This document shows, one piece after another, positions 8,916 to 17,682 of a stretch of DNA of 64,000 nt (position 1 is its first letter; each line of letters starts with the position of its first letter). The position numbers were made by a program, and so were the translations under genes. The notes below the pieces were generated by a model. That model saw only the letters and a program-made list of their open reading frames with translations. It made no database searches and had not been told where the DNA came from. Source of the stretch: Candidatus Calditenuis fumarioli (GTDB taxonomy: Archaea > Thermoproteota > Nitrososphaeria_A > Caldarchaeales > Calditenuaceae); assembly GCA_030059665.1 (NCBI GenBank), contig JANVYR010000001.1, forward strand, positions 640,001-704,000, read 5' to 3'.

Positions 8916-9248
8916 ATGTACGGCTCGGTTGAGGAGGTGAAGGTCCGTTTGGGGATGGACGTGAACGACCCGACCCACGACAGGACGATCGTCTCCTTCA
9001 TAGAGGAAGCTGACGCCCTGATCGATGCGGTGCTTGAGGCCAACGGGATAAGGACGCCGCTCGAGGATCCGCCGGGGAGGGTGAGGAAGCTCTCCTCGAC
9101 GATAGCGTCGCTCCTCTTTGTGGCCTGGAGGTCTCAGCGGAGGGACGACGTGGTCACCTACCTGAGATCGGTCAGGGAGGAGCTGAGGGCATTCGCGGAG
9201 GACCTCAGGTCGAGGGCGGGCATAGAGCTGACGGGTGAGACGGATTGA
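8916..9248 (+). CDS. Head-tail connector/adaptor-like protein
   Basis: YGSVEEVKVRLG...FIEEADALID pattern typical of gp6/gp15/gp36-type adaptors; 110 aa. Confidence 0.7.
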   Translation: MYGSVEEVKVRLGMDVNDPTHDRTIVSFIEEADALIDAVLEANGIRTPLEDPPGRVRKLSSTIASLLFVAWRSQRRDDVVTYLRSVREELRAFAEDLRSRAGIELTGETD

Positions 9249-9469
9249 GGCGCGAGGGCAAGCTCACCGTCAGGCGTTCCGGAAGGGTGACCTCGATCAG
9301 GATAGACGTGGAGGACTGGCTAGGGCTGCTGGCTCTGCTGCTGGCCGCCTCCTTCGTCGCTCTGCTCCTGTCGGGGAGGACGCTGGAGGCCACCCTCGTC
9401 GGGACCTTCGGCGGCGGCCTCTCGCTGGGCGAGATGGTCAGGAGGGCCAGGAGGTCTGGAAGGGGATGA
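9245..9469 (+). CDS. Small two-TM membrane protein
   Basis: Hydrophobic WLGLLALLLAASFVALLL and second helix; TTGA overlap with upstream gene. Confidence 0.55.
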   Translation: MRREGKLTVRRSGRVTSIRIDVEDWLGLLALLLAASFVALLLSGRTLEATLVGTFGGGLSLGEMVRRARRSGRG

Positions 9470-9669
9470 GGTGCAGGAGCGTGTGCGAGGGGATCGAGGG
9501 CTCCTCGAGGCGTGCGAGGTACAGGCTCGGTTATTACTGGTGCAGCGAGTGCTCTATCGCGCTCCACAGGAGCTCCTGCGAGCTCAGGAACGGTGCGGTC
9601 GTCTGCCCGTGCTGCGGCAACCGGGTCAGAACCACCCCGAGGACCAGGCGAGGGTGGAAAGCATGGTGA
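9466..9669 (+). CDS. Small Cys-rich zinc-finger protein (67 aa)
   Basis: MRCRSVC...WCSEC...CPCCG; ATG at 9466 overlaps upstream stop (ATGA). Confidence 0.6.
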   Translation: MRCRSVCEGIEGSSRRARYRLGYYWCSECSIALHRSSCELRNGAVVCPCCGNRVRTTPRTRRGWKAW

Positions 9670-9947
9670 CCGTCTCGCTCGAGCTGGCATCGTCGCTTTA
9701 CGGAGCGCTCTACGCGTCCGTCTTCGCCGGCGCCGGCTACCTCAAGTCGAGGAAAAGGGAGGAATTCTCGCTGAGGAAATTCCTCGAGACCGTACTGTTG
9801 GGAGCGCTGATAGGCGCGATGGCCGGAGGCGCGGGCCTCGACGTCAAGGACATGGACCTTCTGGATCTCTTCGCGGTGGGAGGCGCGTCCACGCTGACCC
9901 GTGACCTCCTGAAGTCCGTTCTCGCGTCGGCAGGTGGGCGGAGATGA
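9663..9947 (+). CDS. Small membrane protein, holin-like (94 aa)
   Basis: Two to three hydrophobic helices with a basic loop YLKSRKREEFSLRKF and basic C-terminus; coupled to neighbours. Confidence 0.55.
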   Translation: MVTVSLELASSLYGALYASVFAGAGYLKSRKREEFSLRKFLETVLLGALIGAMAGGAGLDVKDMDLLDLFAVGGASTLTRDLLKSVLASAGGRR

Positions 9948-10522
9948 GGGGAGCGGCGGTCCTTTTCCTCTCGGTCCTCGCGGTCACGGCCTTCCTCCTC
10001 GCCTTCACGCTCGCGGTCCCCGAGGTGACCCTCACCGCAACGCCTCCCTCCAGATACGTCAGCGTCCCAGGTCTGGGAGAAATTCCGGCCGAGGTTGGGG
10101 AGCAGAGGGTGACACTGAGGTTCAGGGCACCGGAGTCGGTGCTGGCCTTTGGGGTTGCGGTTGCGCTCACGATGGGCGCCGCTTACGCAGCGTACTCCGA
10201 GAGGGACCTGCTGTTGAGGAAGGCCATCGCCACGGCAGGCATCCTGTACGGACTCGGGATCGGCCTGCTCGCGCACTCCAGAAAGGACTTCAGGGTCGCG
10301 GCTCCAGTCTTGCTGCCGGTGGGCTTCGCGGTTCTCGGCCTCTCGGTCGCCCTGAGGTGGATGCTCAGCCGGCGAGTCAGGACGGCTCCTCGACGGAGAC
10401 GCGCACAGTCATCGAGAGGACCACGGCCCTCTTCCCCTGGTCGGCGAGGTCTAGCCTCCTCAGCTCCACGGGGGAGGCGTCCACGAAGGCGTCCCTTATC
10501 CCCAGCGTGGGGTCGTCCCTGA
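9944..10522 (+). CDS. Four-TM membrane protein; last ~45 codons overlap the opposite-strand gene
   Basis: Four hydrophobic segments up to ~10380; ATGA overlap with upstream gene. Confidence 0.55.
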   Translation: MRGAAVLFLSVLAVTAFLLAFTLAVPEVTLTATPPSRYVSVPGLGEIPAEVGEQRVTLRFRAPESVLAFGVAVALTMGAAYAAYSERDLLLRKAIATAGILYGLGIGLLAHSRKDFRVAAPVLLPVGFAVLGLSVALRWMLSRRVRTAPRRRRAQSSRGPRPSSPGRRGLASSAPRGRRPRRRPLSPAWGRP

Positions 10523-10820
10523 TCATCCGGTACGCCCTCAGCGCTGCCTTCAACACCTTCCCGTACTGCTCCAGGTGGTCCGCACCGACGCCCTCGAAGA
10601 CGAGCTCGTACTCGTGGACCGATCTGGTCGCGGTCCCTCCGATCGACCTCCTCGAGACCTCAACGGCCCTGAGGAGAACGTAAGCCCTCGGAAAAACTGG
10701 GACGGAGCTCGACCTCAAAACGGCCGCGATCAGACCCTCCTCCCTCAGCCTCTCCAGCAGCGAGTTCAGCGCGCCCTCAACCTCCTCGACCATCATGGGC
10801 GACGTCACCTCTCCCTCCAC
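10377..10820 (-). CDS. Tail terminator/completion-like protein (tentative)
   Basis: ~140 aa alpha/beta with PRAYV, YELVFE, DDPTLG and terminal strand AVVLSMTVRV resembling tail-completion proteins. Confidence 0.45.
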   Translation of the reverse strand: MEGEVTSPMMVEEVEGALNSLLERLREEGLIAAVLRSSSVPVFPRAYVLLRAVEVSRRSIGGTATRSVHEYELVFEGVGADHLEQYGKVLKAALRAYRMIRDDPTLGIRDAFVDASPVELRRLDLADQGKRAVVLSMTVRVSVEEPS

Positions 10821-10975
10821 CTCGAGAGGTGGCTCTCACGCGAGATCATGTCCCTGACGGCCATCCGTATGGCCTCGGAGACGCTGACGTAGAGGCCGGA
10901 GCGGACCAGCTCCTCGAGCGATTCGAGGTACGGTTCCGGTAGCCTGATGGTGAGGGCACGGAGACGGCCGCTCAT
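10805..10975 (-). CDS. CopG/RHH transcriptional regulator
   Basis: TIRLPEPYLESLEELVRSGLYVSVSEAIRMAVRD; paralogous to 27413-27574. Confidence 0.85.
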   Translation of the reverse strand: MSGRLRALTIRLPEPYLESLEELVRSGLYVSVSEAIRMAVRDMISRESHLSRWRER

Positions 10976-11118
10976 CGTCCGGCCCTCGTTCGCGGAGCCG
11001 TATAAGCGGAGAGGCCAGGGGTTAGGTGAAGCTGAAAGTGGAAACCGCGCCGTTGAGCCCAGGCCCGTCACGTTCCGGGCAAGGTAGATAACAACGTCGT
11101 CGCCCTGAGCGTCGAGGG

Positions 11119-12054
11119 TTGTCCGGGACGAGGCACTTCCTAGAGGTGTACGACCTGAGCAGGGAGGAGTTCTTGGAGGTGATCAGGACAGCACATCGCT
11201 TCAAGCGCTTCGGCTACCCGTCGGACTCCCTGAAGGGAAGGTTCATCGCGCTCCTCTTCGAGAAGCCCTCCACCAGGACCAGGGTATCCTTCACATCAGC
11301 GATCTCGAGGCTCGGAGGCGTCTTCGATTACCTGTCGTCGAGCGAGCTCCAGCTTGCCCGCGGCGAACCTGTGTACGACGTCGGCCGGGTCCTCTCACGC
11401 TACGTCCACGGCCTCGTCTGCAGGGTGAGGAGGCACACGGATCTGGTCGAGCTGGCCGAGAACTCGCGCGTCCCGGTGGTCAACGCGCTCTCCGACCGGC
11501 ACCATCCGTGTCAGGCTCTGGCCGACATGCTAACGGTTTACGAGCTGAAGGGGAGGTTCGAGGGCGTGAAGGTGGCCTTCGTCGGCGACGGGAACAACGT
11601 GGCCACCTCGCTGATGCAGGCGTGCGTTTTGGCCGGTGCGGACTTCTCCATCGCCTCACCCGTGGGATACTGGGTGCCGGAGGAGGAGAGGCGGAAGGCC
11701 GAGAGGGTAGCAGCTGAGACCGGTGCCAAGCTCACGTTCACCGATGACCCGGTTGAGGCGGTGAGGGGCGCTGACTTCGTCTACACCGACGTCTTCGTCT
11801 CGATGGGCTTCGAGGCCGAGGCGCAGGAGAGGCTGAGGGCCTTCATCCCCAGGTACAGGGTGACCGAGGAGCTGATGTCCAAGGCGTCGCCCGATGCGAG
11901 GTTCATGCACTGCATGCCTGTGAAGAGGGGGGAGGAGGTGGAGGCGTCCGTTGCTGATGGCCCGAGATCGGTGATGTACGATCAGGCCGAGAACAGGATG
12001 CATACCGAGGCGGCCCTCCTCCACCTGATCTACTCCGTTTGGCGGTGGATCTGA
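11119..12054 (+). CDS. argF: Ornithine carbamoyltransferase
   Basis: FEKPSTRTR, HPCQALAD, YTDVFVSMG, HCMP, QAENR. Confidence 0.95.
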   Translation: MSGTRHFLEVYDLSREEFLEVIRTAHRFKRFGYPSDSLKGRFIALLFEKPSTRTRVSFTSAISRLGGVFDYLSSSELQLARGEPVYDVGRVLSRYVHGLVCRVRRHTDLVELAENSRVPVVNALSDRHHPCQALADMLTVYELKGRFEGVKVAFVGDGNNVATSLMQACVLAGADFSIASPVGYWVPEEERRKAERVAAETGAKLTFTDDPVEAVRGADFVYTDVFVSMGFEAEAQERLRAFIPRYRVTEELMSKASPDARFMHCMPVKRGEEVEASVADGPRSVMYDQAENRMHTEAALLHLIYSVWRWI

Positions 12055-13259
12055 AGTCCCGGAATCGATTTTTAGCTGGGCGCAACCCCATCATCCACGT
12101 GGCTGAAGAGGCCTTCACCACGACCGTAGTGGGCAGCTGGCCGAGGCCCTCATGGCTGCTACAGGAGCTCCGCCGGAAGAACAGGGGCGAGATCAGCTAC
12201 GAGCGGTTCAGCGAGGTCGCCGACGAGGCGGTATTGCTGGCGGTGAAGTACCAGGAGGACGCGGGGATCGAGGTCGTGACCGACGGAGAGCAGCGGAGGG
12301 ACAACTTCTACTCCTTCGTCGCAGACAAGCTCGAGGGGATCAGGCTGATGTCGGTTGCTGAGCTGATGGATTACGTTCAGGACCGGCAGAGGTTCGAGGA
12401 GATGCTGAGCAGGCTCGACGTCCCGGCGTTCGCCATAAAGAGCCCGGTCGTCGTGGGACCGATCCGGAAAAGGAGGCCGATAGCGCTCGATGAGCTGCAG
12501 TTCCTGAGGGAACACACCAAGAGGAGGATCAAGGTGCCCTTGCCGGGACCTTACATGCTGACCAGGGCCAGCTGGGTGGAGCCGCTCTCGAGGGAGGCGT
12601 ACTGGAGCAGGGAGGACCTCGCGATGGAGTACGTCAGGCTGCTGAGGGAAGAGATCGTAGCGCTGGCCGAGGCTGGAGCGCACTTCGTCCAGCTCGACGA
12701 GCCGACGCTGACAGAGGTCGTCTACGGTGGCGTCAGCCAGCAGACCTTCATGTGCGCAGCGATCATGGCGAAGACCGATCCCAAGGAGGAGCTCGAGTTC
12801 GCGACGGAGCTGATCAACAAGACCGTGAGGGGCATCACGGGCGTCAAGATCGGGGTTCACGTCTGCAGAGGGAACTGGACGAGGTCAGAGGGTTCGCTGC
12901 TGAGGGGGGACTACAAGCCCCTCATCCCCTACTTCCAGGAGATGAAGGTGGACCAGTTCGTGCTCGAGTTCGCAACCGAGAGGGCCGGAAGCCTCAGCGT
13001 CTTCGAGGGGGCATCGGGCATAAGGGAGCTGGGACTCGGCGTCGTTAACCCGAGGACCGAGGAGGTCGAGAGCGTCGACTCCATCGTGGCGAGGGCACGT
13101 GAGGCCCTCAGGTACTTCGATCCCGACAAGATCTACCTGAACCCCGACTGCGGCTTCGGAACCTTCGCCGAGTCGCCGGTGAACATGGCTCCGGTGGCGT
13201 ACAGGAAGCTGAGATCGATGGTCCTCGCAGCCGAGGTCCTGAGGAAGGAGTACAGTTGA
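12039..13259 (+). CDS. Cobalamin-independent methionine synthase II family protein (catalytic domain only; start uncertain)
   Basis: TTVVGSWPRP, TDGEQRR, VQLDEP, HVCRGN, LNPDCGF. Confidence 0.88.
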   Translation: MAVDLKSRNRFLAGRNPIIHVAEEAFTTTVVGSWPRPSWLLQELRRKNRGEISYERFSEVADEAVLLAVKYQEDAGIEVVTDGEQRRDNFYSFVADKLEGIRLMSVAELMDYVQDRQRFEEMLSRLDVPAFAIKSPVVVGPIRKRRPIALDELQFLREHTKRRIKVPLPGPYMLTRASWVEPLSREAYWSREDLAMEYVRLLREEIVALAEAGAHFVQLDEPTLTEVVYGGVSQQTFMCAAIMAKTDPKEELEFATELINKTVRGITGVKIGVHVCRGNWTRSEGSLLRGDYKPLIPYFQEMKVDQFVLEFATERAGSLSVFEGASGIRELGLGVVNPRTEEVESVDSIVARAREALRYFDPDKIYLNPDCGFGTFAESPVNMAPVAYRKLRSMVLAAEVLRKEYS

Positions 13260-13321
13260 CGGTGAAGACGGAGTCGACGTCGTCGACCAACGCTTAAGGT
13301 CCTCAACTCCCATCCCGACTC

Positions 13322-13915
13322 GTGACCAAACCCGAGATACCGGGCTATGCGTACGGATCGAGGGAGCTCGCGAGGTTTCCCTTGAGCGACCGAGAGTTCG
13401 AGCAACTGAAGAGGACCGTTATGTTGTCTGATGAGGACGTGAAGTACCTCAGGCTCGCGGGAGAAGTGCTGAGGGATCAGATCGAGGACGTCCTTGACCT
13501 CTGGTACGGATGGGTCGGATCCAATCCCCACCTGGTTTACTACTTCGGAGACGAGAAAACGGGCAAACCCATCCCCGAGTACCTGGAGGCCGTGAGGAGG
13601 AGGTTCGGGCAGTGGATCAGGGACCTCTGCGAGAGGGACTTCGACAGGCAGTGGCTGGACTACCAGCTCGAGATCGGCCTGAGGCACCACAGGTCGAAGA
13701 AGAACAAAACCGATAACGTGAGCAGCGTCCCGCACATCCCGATGAGGTACCTAGTGGCCTTCATAGTCCCCATAACCGTCACGATCAGGCCGTTCCTCGA
13801 GAAGAAGGGACACCCGAAGGACGTCGTCGAGAAGATGTATCAGGCCTGGTTCAAGGCCGTCACGCTCTCGGTTGCCCTCTGGTGCTACCCGTACTGCAAA
13901 GACGGCGACTGGTGA
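13322..13915 (+). CDS. Protoglobin
   Basis: IPGYAYG, LDLWYGWVGSNPHL, EIGLRHH, IPMRYL: archaeal protoglobin pattern. Confidence 0.9.
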   Translation: MTKPEIPGYAYGSRELARFPLSDREFEQLKRTVMLSDEDVKYLRLAGEVLRDQIEDVLDLWYGWVGSNPHLVYYFGDEKTGKPIPEYLEAVRRRFGQWIRDLCERDFDRQWLDYQLEIGLRHHRSKKNKTDNVSSVPHIPMRYLVAFIVPITVTIRPFLEKKGHPKDVVEKMYQAWFKAVTLSVALWCYPYCKDGDW

Positions 13916-13916
13916 C

Positions 13917-14102
13917 TCACCTTCTCCTCCTCGGGACGGTCGTCGGAAGGATCACGTCGTCGCTCCAGCTCTGCTGGAAGAGGTCGCAGAGGTAGACCAG
14001 CGCCTCGCAGAAGCTGACCGGCCTGCCCGTCACCTCCTCGAGCTTCGCCTTCACCCTGACTAGCCTGGCGTACGTCTCGTCTGAGACCCTGATCTGCGTC
14101 AT
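13917..14102 (-). CDS. Small VapB/RHH-like DNA-binding protein
   Basis: MTQIRVSDETYARLVRVK...VSFCEAL. Confidence 0.6.
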   Translation of the reverse strand: MTQIRVSDETYARLVRVKAKLEEVTGRPVSFCEALVYLCDLFQQSWSDDVILPTTVPRRRR

Positions 14103-14239
14103 CTGCCCTCGTCTTCCGCCGACCCGAATAAATCGATTCCGAGCCCACGCGGAATCCTCGATCTGCCCGGATCCCGCACTCCCTGCGTGATACGTTTTTA
14201 TCATGCCCGTCCTTAGTGCCGGTGCAAAAAGGTGAGAAC

Positions 14240-14515
14240 ATGAGCAGCGCGTCTGAGGTGACCGTGCTGGTTGGGAAGAAGCCTCCGATGAGCTATGTGT
14301 TGGCGTGCCTGATAGCGCTACAGCAGGGCCAGAGCGTGACGCTGAAGGCGAGGGGAAGGGCGATAAGCAGGGCGGTCGACGTGGTGCAGATCCTGAAGAA
14401 CCGGTTCATGAAGGACCTGAAGGTGCACGCGATAAACCTGGGAACGGAGACGCTGAAGGGCCAGGACGGCAGGGACGTCAACGTCAGCACCATCGAGATC
14501 AAGGTCGGCGCCTGA
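14240..14515 (+). CDS. albA: DNA/RNA-binding protein Alba
   Basis: VLVGKKPPMSYV, LKARGRAISRAVDV, VSTIEI. Confidence 0.96.
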   Translation: MSSASEVTVLVGKKPPMSYVLACLIALQQGQSVTLKARGRAISRAVDVVQILKNRFMKDLKVHAINLGTETLKGQDGRDVNVSTIEIKVGA

Positions 14516-14561
14516 AACAGCTGAGGGACGGTGCCAGGCATGAAGCTGGGGGGCCAGGTCG

Positions 14562-15065
14562 ATGCGGTTCCCGGTATGCACCTTCGACGTGAGGTCCGGT
14601 ACGCTGTGCCCGAGGTGCGAGCCTCTCCTCCGCTCGGGCGTCATCGACTGGACCGACATGTCCGTGATGCGGGAGCTCATCGACCTGGAGCCGCAGTTCC
14701 CCCAGCTTAGAGAGGCCGAGTACGTCAAAACGATCCGCACTGGTTCCGTTTTCTTCGTTCTCCTTCGCTCTCGCCATCACCTAACTCCCTCTTCCAGAAC
14801 CCAGCTCGAGCGGGCCCTCACCAGGAAGCTCGGGGGTCCGGTGAGCGTGATCGAGTACGCGGGTGACGTGAACCAGCTCCTCGAGCAGCTGGTCAGGCCG
14901 GCCCGGATCACCTCTATCAGCAGGACCTGGCTCCCCGACGGGTCCGAGAGGCTGGTGGTGAAGGTGGACAGGATCTCCTCCGTGACGATCGGGATCAACA
15001 ACGTCTCCGAGCTCGTGAGGTCGTTGAAGGGCGTGGAGGTCGAGATCGTCGAGTCCTCTAGGTGA
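14562..15065 (+). CDS. NusA-like KH-domain protein (archaeal paralog with N-terminal Cys cluster)
   Basis: PVCTFDVRSGTLCPRC N-terminus, KH-like C-terminal half. Confidence 0.7.
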   Translation: MRFPVCTFDVRSGTLCPRCEPLLRSGVIDWTDMSVMRELIDLEPQFPQLREAEYVKTIRTGSVFFVLLRSRHHLTPSSRTQLERALTRKLGGPVSVIEYAGDVNQLLEQLVRPARITSISRTWLPDGSERLVVKVDRISSVTIGINNVSELVRSLKGVEVEIVESSR

Positions 15066-15969
15066 GGCCCCAGCTCTTCAGCAGGTGGAGGTACCTCTGG
15101 GCCGAATCGGGCAACACCGTCACGACCACTCCCTGCTCCAGCTCGGAGGCCACGCGGAGCGCCGCTGCCACGTTCGCGGCCGATGATGGGCCCGCAGGCA
15201 CGCCCATAAGCCTCGCCAGATCACGGGCCATCCGGTATGCCTCCTCCGTGCTGACGAAGACCCGCTCGTCGGCGAAGCCCTGGTCGTAGATGGCAGGCCT
15301 TATCGCCTCGTCCATCCGCTTCAGCCCCTCGATCCCGTGCAGGTGCTCCTCCGGCTGGACCTCCACTATCTTGACGTTCCGCAGGCTCTCCCTGAGCCTC
15401 CTCCCGACGCCCATCAGCGTGCCCGAGGTCCCTACTCCGGCGACGAAGTGCGTCACCCTCCCCCGTGTCTGAACCAGTATCTCCCTTCCCGTGGTCTCGT
15501 AGTGGGCCAGCGGATTCGCCGGGTTCGAGTACTGGTCCGCGTAGAAGTACGCCTTGGGGTTAGCCTCGTAAATCTCTCGGGCCTTGAGGATCGCTCCGTC
15601 GATCCCCTCGAGCGGATCGGTCACCACCAGCTCTGCACCGAGGTACCTCAACAGGTCCAGCTTGACGGGGCTGACGTTCCCGGGGACGACCAGCGTCAGC
15701 GGAATCCCGAGCGCGGCGCAGACCAGCGCGTACCCTATGCCCATGTTCCCGGACGTCGCGTCGAGCAACCTCCTACCCTGGCCGAGCTCTCCGCGTCTGA
15801 TCGCGTCCAGGACGATGTACATCGCAGGACGGTCCTTCACAGACCCTCCGGGGTTCAGGAACTCCGCCTTCGCCAGTAGCCGCACCCCCCGCTTCCCCAC
15901 CATCTTCGAGAGGTCCAGCATCGGCGTCCTCCCAATGGCGTCCAGCACGCCGCCGAGCCTACGCCTCAA
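15058..15969 (-). CDS. cysM: PLP-dependent cysteine synthase family protein (CysK/CysM); start uncertain
   Basis: IGRTP, EFLNPGGSVKDR, TSGNMG, DQYSNPAN, GVGTSGT, GPSS. Confidence 0.88.
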   Translation of the reverse strand: MRRRLGGVLDAIGRTPMLDLSKMVGKRGVRLLAKAEFLNPGGSVKDRPAMYIVLDAIRRGELGQGRRLLDATSGNMGIGYALVCAALGIPLTLVVPGNVSPVKLDLLRYLGAELVVTDPLEGIDGAILKAREIYEANPKAYFYADQYSNPANPLAHYETTGREILVQTRGRVTHFVAGVGTSGTLMGVGRRLRESLRNVKIVEVQPEEHLHGIEGLKRMDEAIRPAIYDQGFADERVFVSTEEAYRMARDLARLMGVPAGPSSAANVAAALRVASELEQGVVVTVLPDSAQRYLHLLKSWGLT

Positions 15970-16051
15970 CCCGACGTGGTCCGCTCGAGCCACCTCTTCA
16001 AGCTCCCACCGCCAACGTTCAATTCCCCGCGAATCGTGACGGAGCCGGAGG

Positions 16052-17638
16052 ATGGTCGTGGAGGGCTCGGTGAACTGGAACCCCGAGGAGGCTAGGAGGT
16101 ACCACGAGGCGACCAAGCACACCTTCGTCTCGGTTAGGATGCCCGGGAGGGGCCTCGACTGGGAGAACAGGCCCTATCCGTTCAAGGTCTACCTCGACGC
16201 GGAGAAAATCCGGCTGCCGGCAGGCTTCGGTTCTCCCCCTCTGGACCTGATCTCGGCGATTACCTCGCAGCAGCGGAGGACGGAGAGGCTCAACCCCCCG
16301 GAGCTGGCTGGGCTGCTGTTCTATTCGGCAGGCATCACGAGAATCTACCGTTACCCGTTCGGCGGCCGCTACTACTTCAGGGCCTATCCGTCCACCGGAG
16401 CCCTGTATCAGACCGAGCTCTACGTGGTTGCCGGCGACGTCGGCGGACTCGAGCCCGGCGTCTACCACTTCGACCCCGGTCAGTTCGTCCTCAGCGTCAT
16501 CAGGAGGGGAGACTACAGGTCGCACCTGGCGGCCCTGACGGGTCACGGTGGGGTGATGAGCTGCGATGCTGCGGTGGTGCTCACGTCCGTCGCCTGGCGG
16601 AACGCCTGGAAGTACGGGGCCAGGTCCTACAGGCACTGGTTCTGGGACGGCGGCACCCTCTGCGCCAACCTGATCTCGACCGCCGGATCGCTCGGCCTCG
16701 GCTGGGAGGTACTGGTGGGCTTCGTCGACGACCTCCTCAACGGGCTGCTCGGGATCGACGGGAGGAGGGAGGCGGCCATCGCGGTGGTTCCCCTCTGGAG
16801 CGGCCACGCCTCCCGGGCCGGACCCAGCCCTGAGGTGGGAGAGGTCAGGCACAGGGTCCTACCGCTCTCGAGGAGGGAGGTCGAGTACGAGGAGGTGACC
16901 AGGGCCTACGCGAGCTCTAGGCTGCTGGGCGCGGAGGAGGTCTCGCTGTGGAGAAAGCGGGCTTCCTCGATGACGGACGTCGGTGCGCGCCACGAGGGCA
17001 GGAGGCTCAGGCTGCCAGGGCCGCCTGATGGGTTGGCGCTGCCGCCGCTGGGCGACGTGATCCTGCGGAGGGGGTCCACGCGGAGGTTCTCCAGAGTGGA
17101 GATCGAGGCGTGGAAGCTCGGCTTCGTGCTGAGGGCTATGTCCGTTCCCCTCAAAACCGACTTCCTCGGAAACCAGGGATCCCTGGTCTCGGTCTTCGCG
17201 ATCGTCAACGGCGTCGAGGGCGTCCCCTCCGGATCGTACCTCTACGACCGGTTGACCGGTGAGCTGGTGCTCTTGAGGGAGGGCCGGTTCAGGAGGACGG
17301 CCGAGTACCTCTGCCTCGAGCAGGAGTTGGGAGGCGATGCATCGGCGACGCTCTTCCTGATGTCACCGCTTGACGCGGTCCTCTCATCGCTCGGCAACAG
17401 GGGTTACAGGGCCTCCCAGTTCGAGGCCGGGATCAGGGTGGGGCTCGCGTACCTCGCAGCGCACTCGGTCGGCATCGGAGCCACGGGCCTCACGTTCTAC
17501 GACGACGACGTCCGGGAGTTCTTCTCACCAGCGTCATCGGAGATGGAGTGCATGATGGTGGTCGCGCTGGGCGTTCCCGCGTACAAACCCAAACCCGGCT
17601 CAGTCCACATCGGTGCCGTCGAGCACCCGGTCAGGTGA
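16052..17638 (+). CDS. SagB/ThcOx-type nitroreductase-fold dehydrogenase, duplicated domain
   Basis: YHEATKH, RAYPSTGALY, WKYGARSYR and second repeat RRGSTRRF...RGYR. Confidence 0.85.
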   Translation: MVVEGSVNWNPEEARRYHEATKHTFVSVRMPGRGLDWENRPYPFKVYLDAEKIRLPAGFGSPPLDLISAITSQQRRTERLNPPELAGLLFYSAGITRIYRYPFGGRYYFRAYPSTGALYQTELYVVAGDVGGLEPGVYHFDPGQFVLSVIRRGDYRSHLAALTGHGGVMSCDAAVVLTSVAWRNAWKYGARSYRHWFWDGGTLCANLISTAGSLGLGWEVLVGFVDDLLNGLLGIDGRREAAIAVVPLWSGHASRAGPSPEVGEVRHRVLPLSRREVEYEEVTRAYASSRLLGAEEVSLWRKRASSMTDVGARHEGRRLRLPGPPDGLALPPLGDVILRRGSTRRFSRVEIEAWKLGFVLRAMSVPLKTDFLGNQGSLVSVFAIVNGVEGVPSGSYLYDRLTGELVLLREGRFRRTAEYLCLEQELGGDASATLFLMSPLDAVLSSLGNRGYRASQFEAGIRVGLAYLAAHSVGIGATGLTFYDDDVREFFSPASSEMECMMVVALGVPAYKPKPGSVHIGAVEHPVR

Positions 17639-17682
17639 CCGCCACGTCTCACCCCACCTTCTCATCATGCTTTTATTCAGCG

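Larger units (their letters stand above)
5143..10975. mobile_element. Tailed-virus-derived gene cassette (provirus remnant or domesticated module); boundaries approximate
   Basis: Contains TerL, head-tail adaptor-like and tail-terminator-like genes between host Lrp and argF; no integrase, capsid or att seen. Confidence 0.7.

Noticed and set aside
5100-11118. att sites for the terminase cassette
   Set aside because: No shared direct repeat found by eye at 5100-5143 versus 10976-11118; no adjacent tRNA or integrase
11020-11118. Hairpin GCCCG...CGGGC upstream of argF as a riboswitch or leader peptide
   Set aside because: Only a 5-bp stem in GC-rich DNA; no recognisable aptamer or Arg-rich leader ORF
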